Shown one piece after another: positions 46,837 through 47,488 of a DNA stretch of 47,488 bases; positions within the stretch are counted from its first letter, which is position 1, and every line of letters starts with the position of its first letter. The stretch is taken from positions 1-47,488 of the forward strand of contig QZJL01000040.1 of NCBI GenBank assembly GCA_003599745.1, given 5' to 3'. The DNA comes from Dehalococcoidia bacterium. Lineage in GTDB: Bacteria > Chloroflexota > Dehalococcoidia > Dehalococcoidales > SURF-40. The position numbers and the translations under genes were made by a program. Below the pieces are notes generated by a model. It ran no database searches. It was given only the letters and a program-made list of their open reading frames with translations, and had not been told where the DNA came from.

Positions 46837-47488
46837 GTGACAGGTTTACTTAAATCTTACGCATTGCGTTCCCTCCTTTTAAAGCGGCTCTACCTGGAAA
46901 TTGTTTCCAGAAGGCATGGCTATTTGCCGGACTGGGGCAAAACTTTTAGCCGGGAACGTGATGCCTGGAATAACGCCCTCAAGTCAGCGAAAGGCGGGGC
47001 GAACATCCTGATAGCGACGAACACTGGCGGACACGTTCCATCATCCACCCTGGAAAGTCTTCTGGCGGTGGCTTTAACTTTGCGCGGCGCCAACGTCCAC
47101 GTAATGCTTTGTGACGAGGCGCTACCCGCCTGCCTGCTCTGCACGGTGGGTTTGTATCCCGACCACAAACAGTTCGTGCGCTATGGCCCCAACCGGGATG
47201 CCTGCAAGGGCTGCTATCGCCCGGCCAGCCGGATGTACCGCTCTCTTGGTCTTACCGTTCACCGCTTCAGCGAGCTGCTTGTGCCAGAAGATGAAGAAAG
47301 AGCCGAGTCGGTGTCAGCAAGTCTTCCCTTCGCCGACATACCCGGCTACACGATGGACGGTCTCAGTCTGGGAGAACATGCTCTGGCCGGGGCGCTACGC
47401 TTTTACGCCCGGGGCGACCTCGAGGGCCAGAAATACGCCGAACCCATCCTGCGGCGCTATCTCAAGGCGGCCATTTTGACTGCCTGCG
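46837..47488 (+). CDS. Second capsule-biosynthesis protein, paralog of 24607..26283, 3'-partial (absent from the ORF track)
   Basis: Open frame from GTG 46837 to the window end: ILIATNTGG...LESLLAVALTLRGANVHVMLCDEALPAC...CKGC...GEHALAGALRFYARGDL...LRRYL, co-linear with the first copy. Confidence 0.88.
   Translation, partial: MTGLLKSYALRSLLLKRLYLEIVSRRHGYLPDWGKTFSRERDAWNNALKSAKGGANILIATNTGGHVPSSTLESLLAVALTLRGANVHVMLCDEALPACLLCTVGLYPDHKQFVRYGPNRDACKGCYRPASRMYRSLGLTVHRFSELLVPEDEERAESVSASLPFADIPGYTMDGLSLGEHALAGALRFYARGDLEGQKYAEPILRRYLKAAILTAC

Noticed and set aside
1-47488. CRISPR array, rRNA, intact transposase, prophage or anti-phage defence genes
   Set aside because: No regularly spaced repeats or recognisable hallmark genes were seen by eye.

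Overview
A GC-rich bacterial chromosomal segment. Gene content and order (thiL-tsaE-tsaB, rsfS/ftsH, rsmI-metG-tatD-polyprenyl synthase, GuaB3-type IMPDH) suggest Chloroflexota, probably Dehalococcoidia; this is an inference. It has three parts. (1) 1-19.3 kb: housekeeping genes plus a DUF4129/DUF4350/MoxR/DUF58 operon. (2) 19.3-21.4 kb: tRNA-Thr(CGT), preceded by a decayed tyrosine-integrase tail that is fused back-to-back to a GyrI-like gene tail, then usp and terC. (3) 21.4-47.5 kb: a large surface-glycan locus, mostly on the minus strand. The locus contains an unusual ulosonic-acid module (NeuB, KdsC-type phosphatase, SDR, aldehyde dehydrogenase, NeuA, fused transketolase-like enzyme), Wzm/Wzt export, an AT-rich acyltransferase/small ORF/radical SAM insert, a CDP-glucose/C-methyltransferase branched-sugar module, several transferases and methyltransferases, and a CTAG-bounded miniature repeat element. 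The best candidate for an undescribed system is the NeuB-KdsC-SDR-ALDH-NeuA-transketolase pathway. Other notable items are a probable CTG start for rsfS, the integrase lying on the 5' side of the tRNA, and an unannotated 40-aa ORF coupled to the radical SAM gene. All family calls come from motif recognition by eye; no searches were run.
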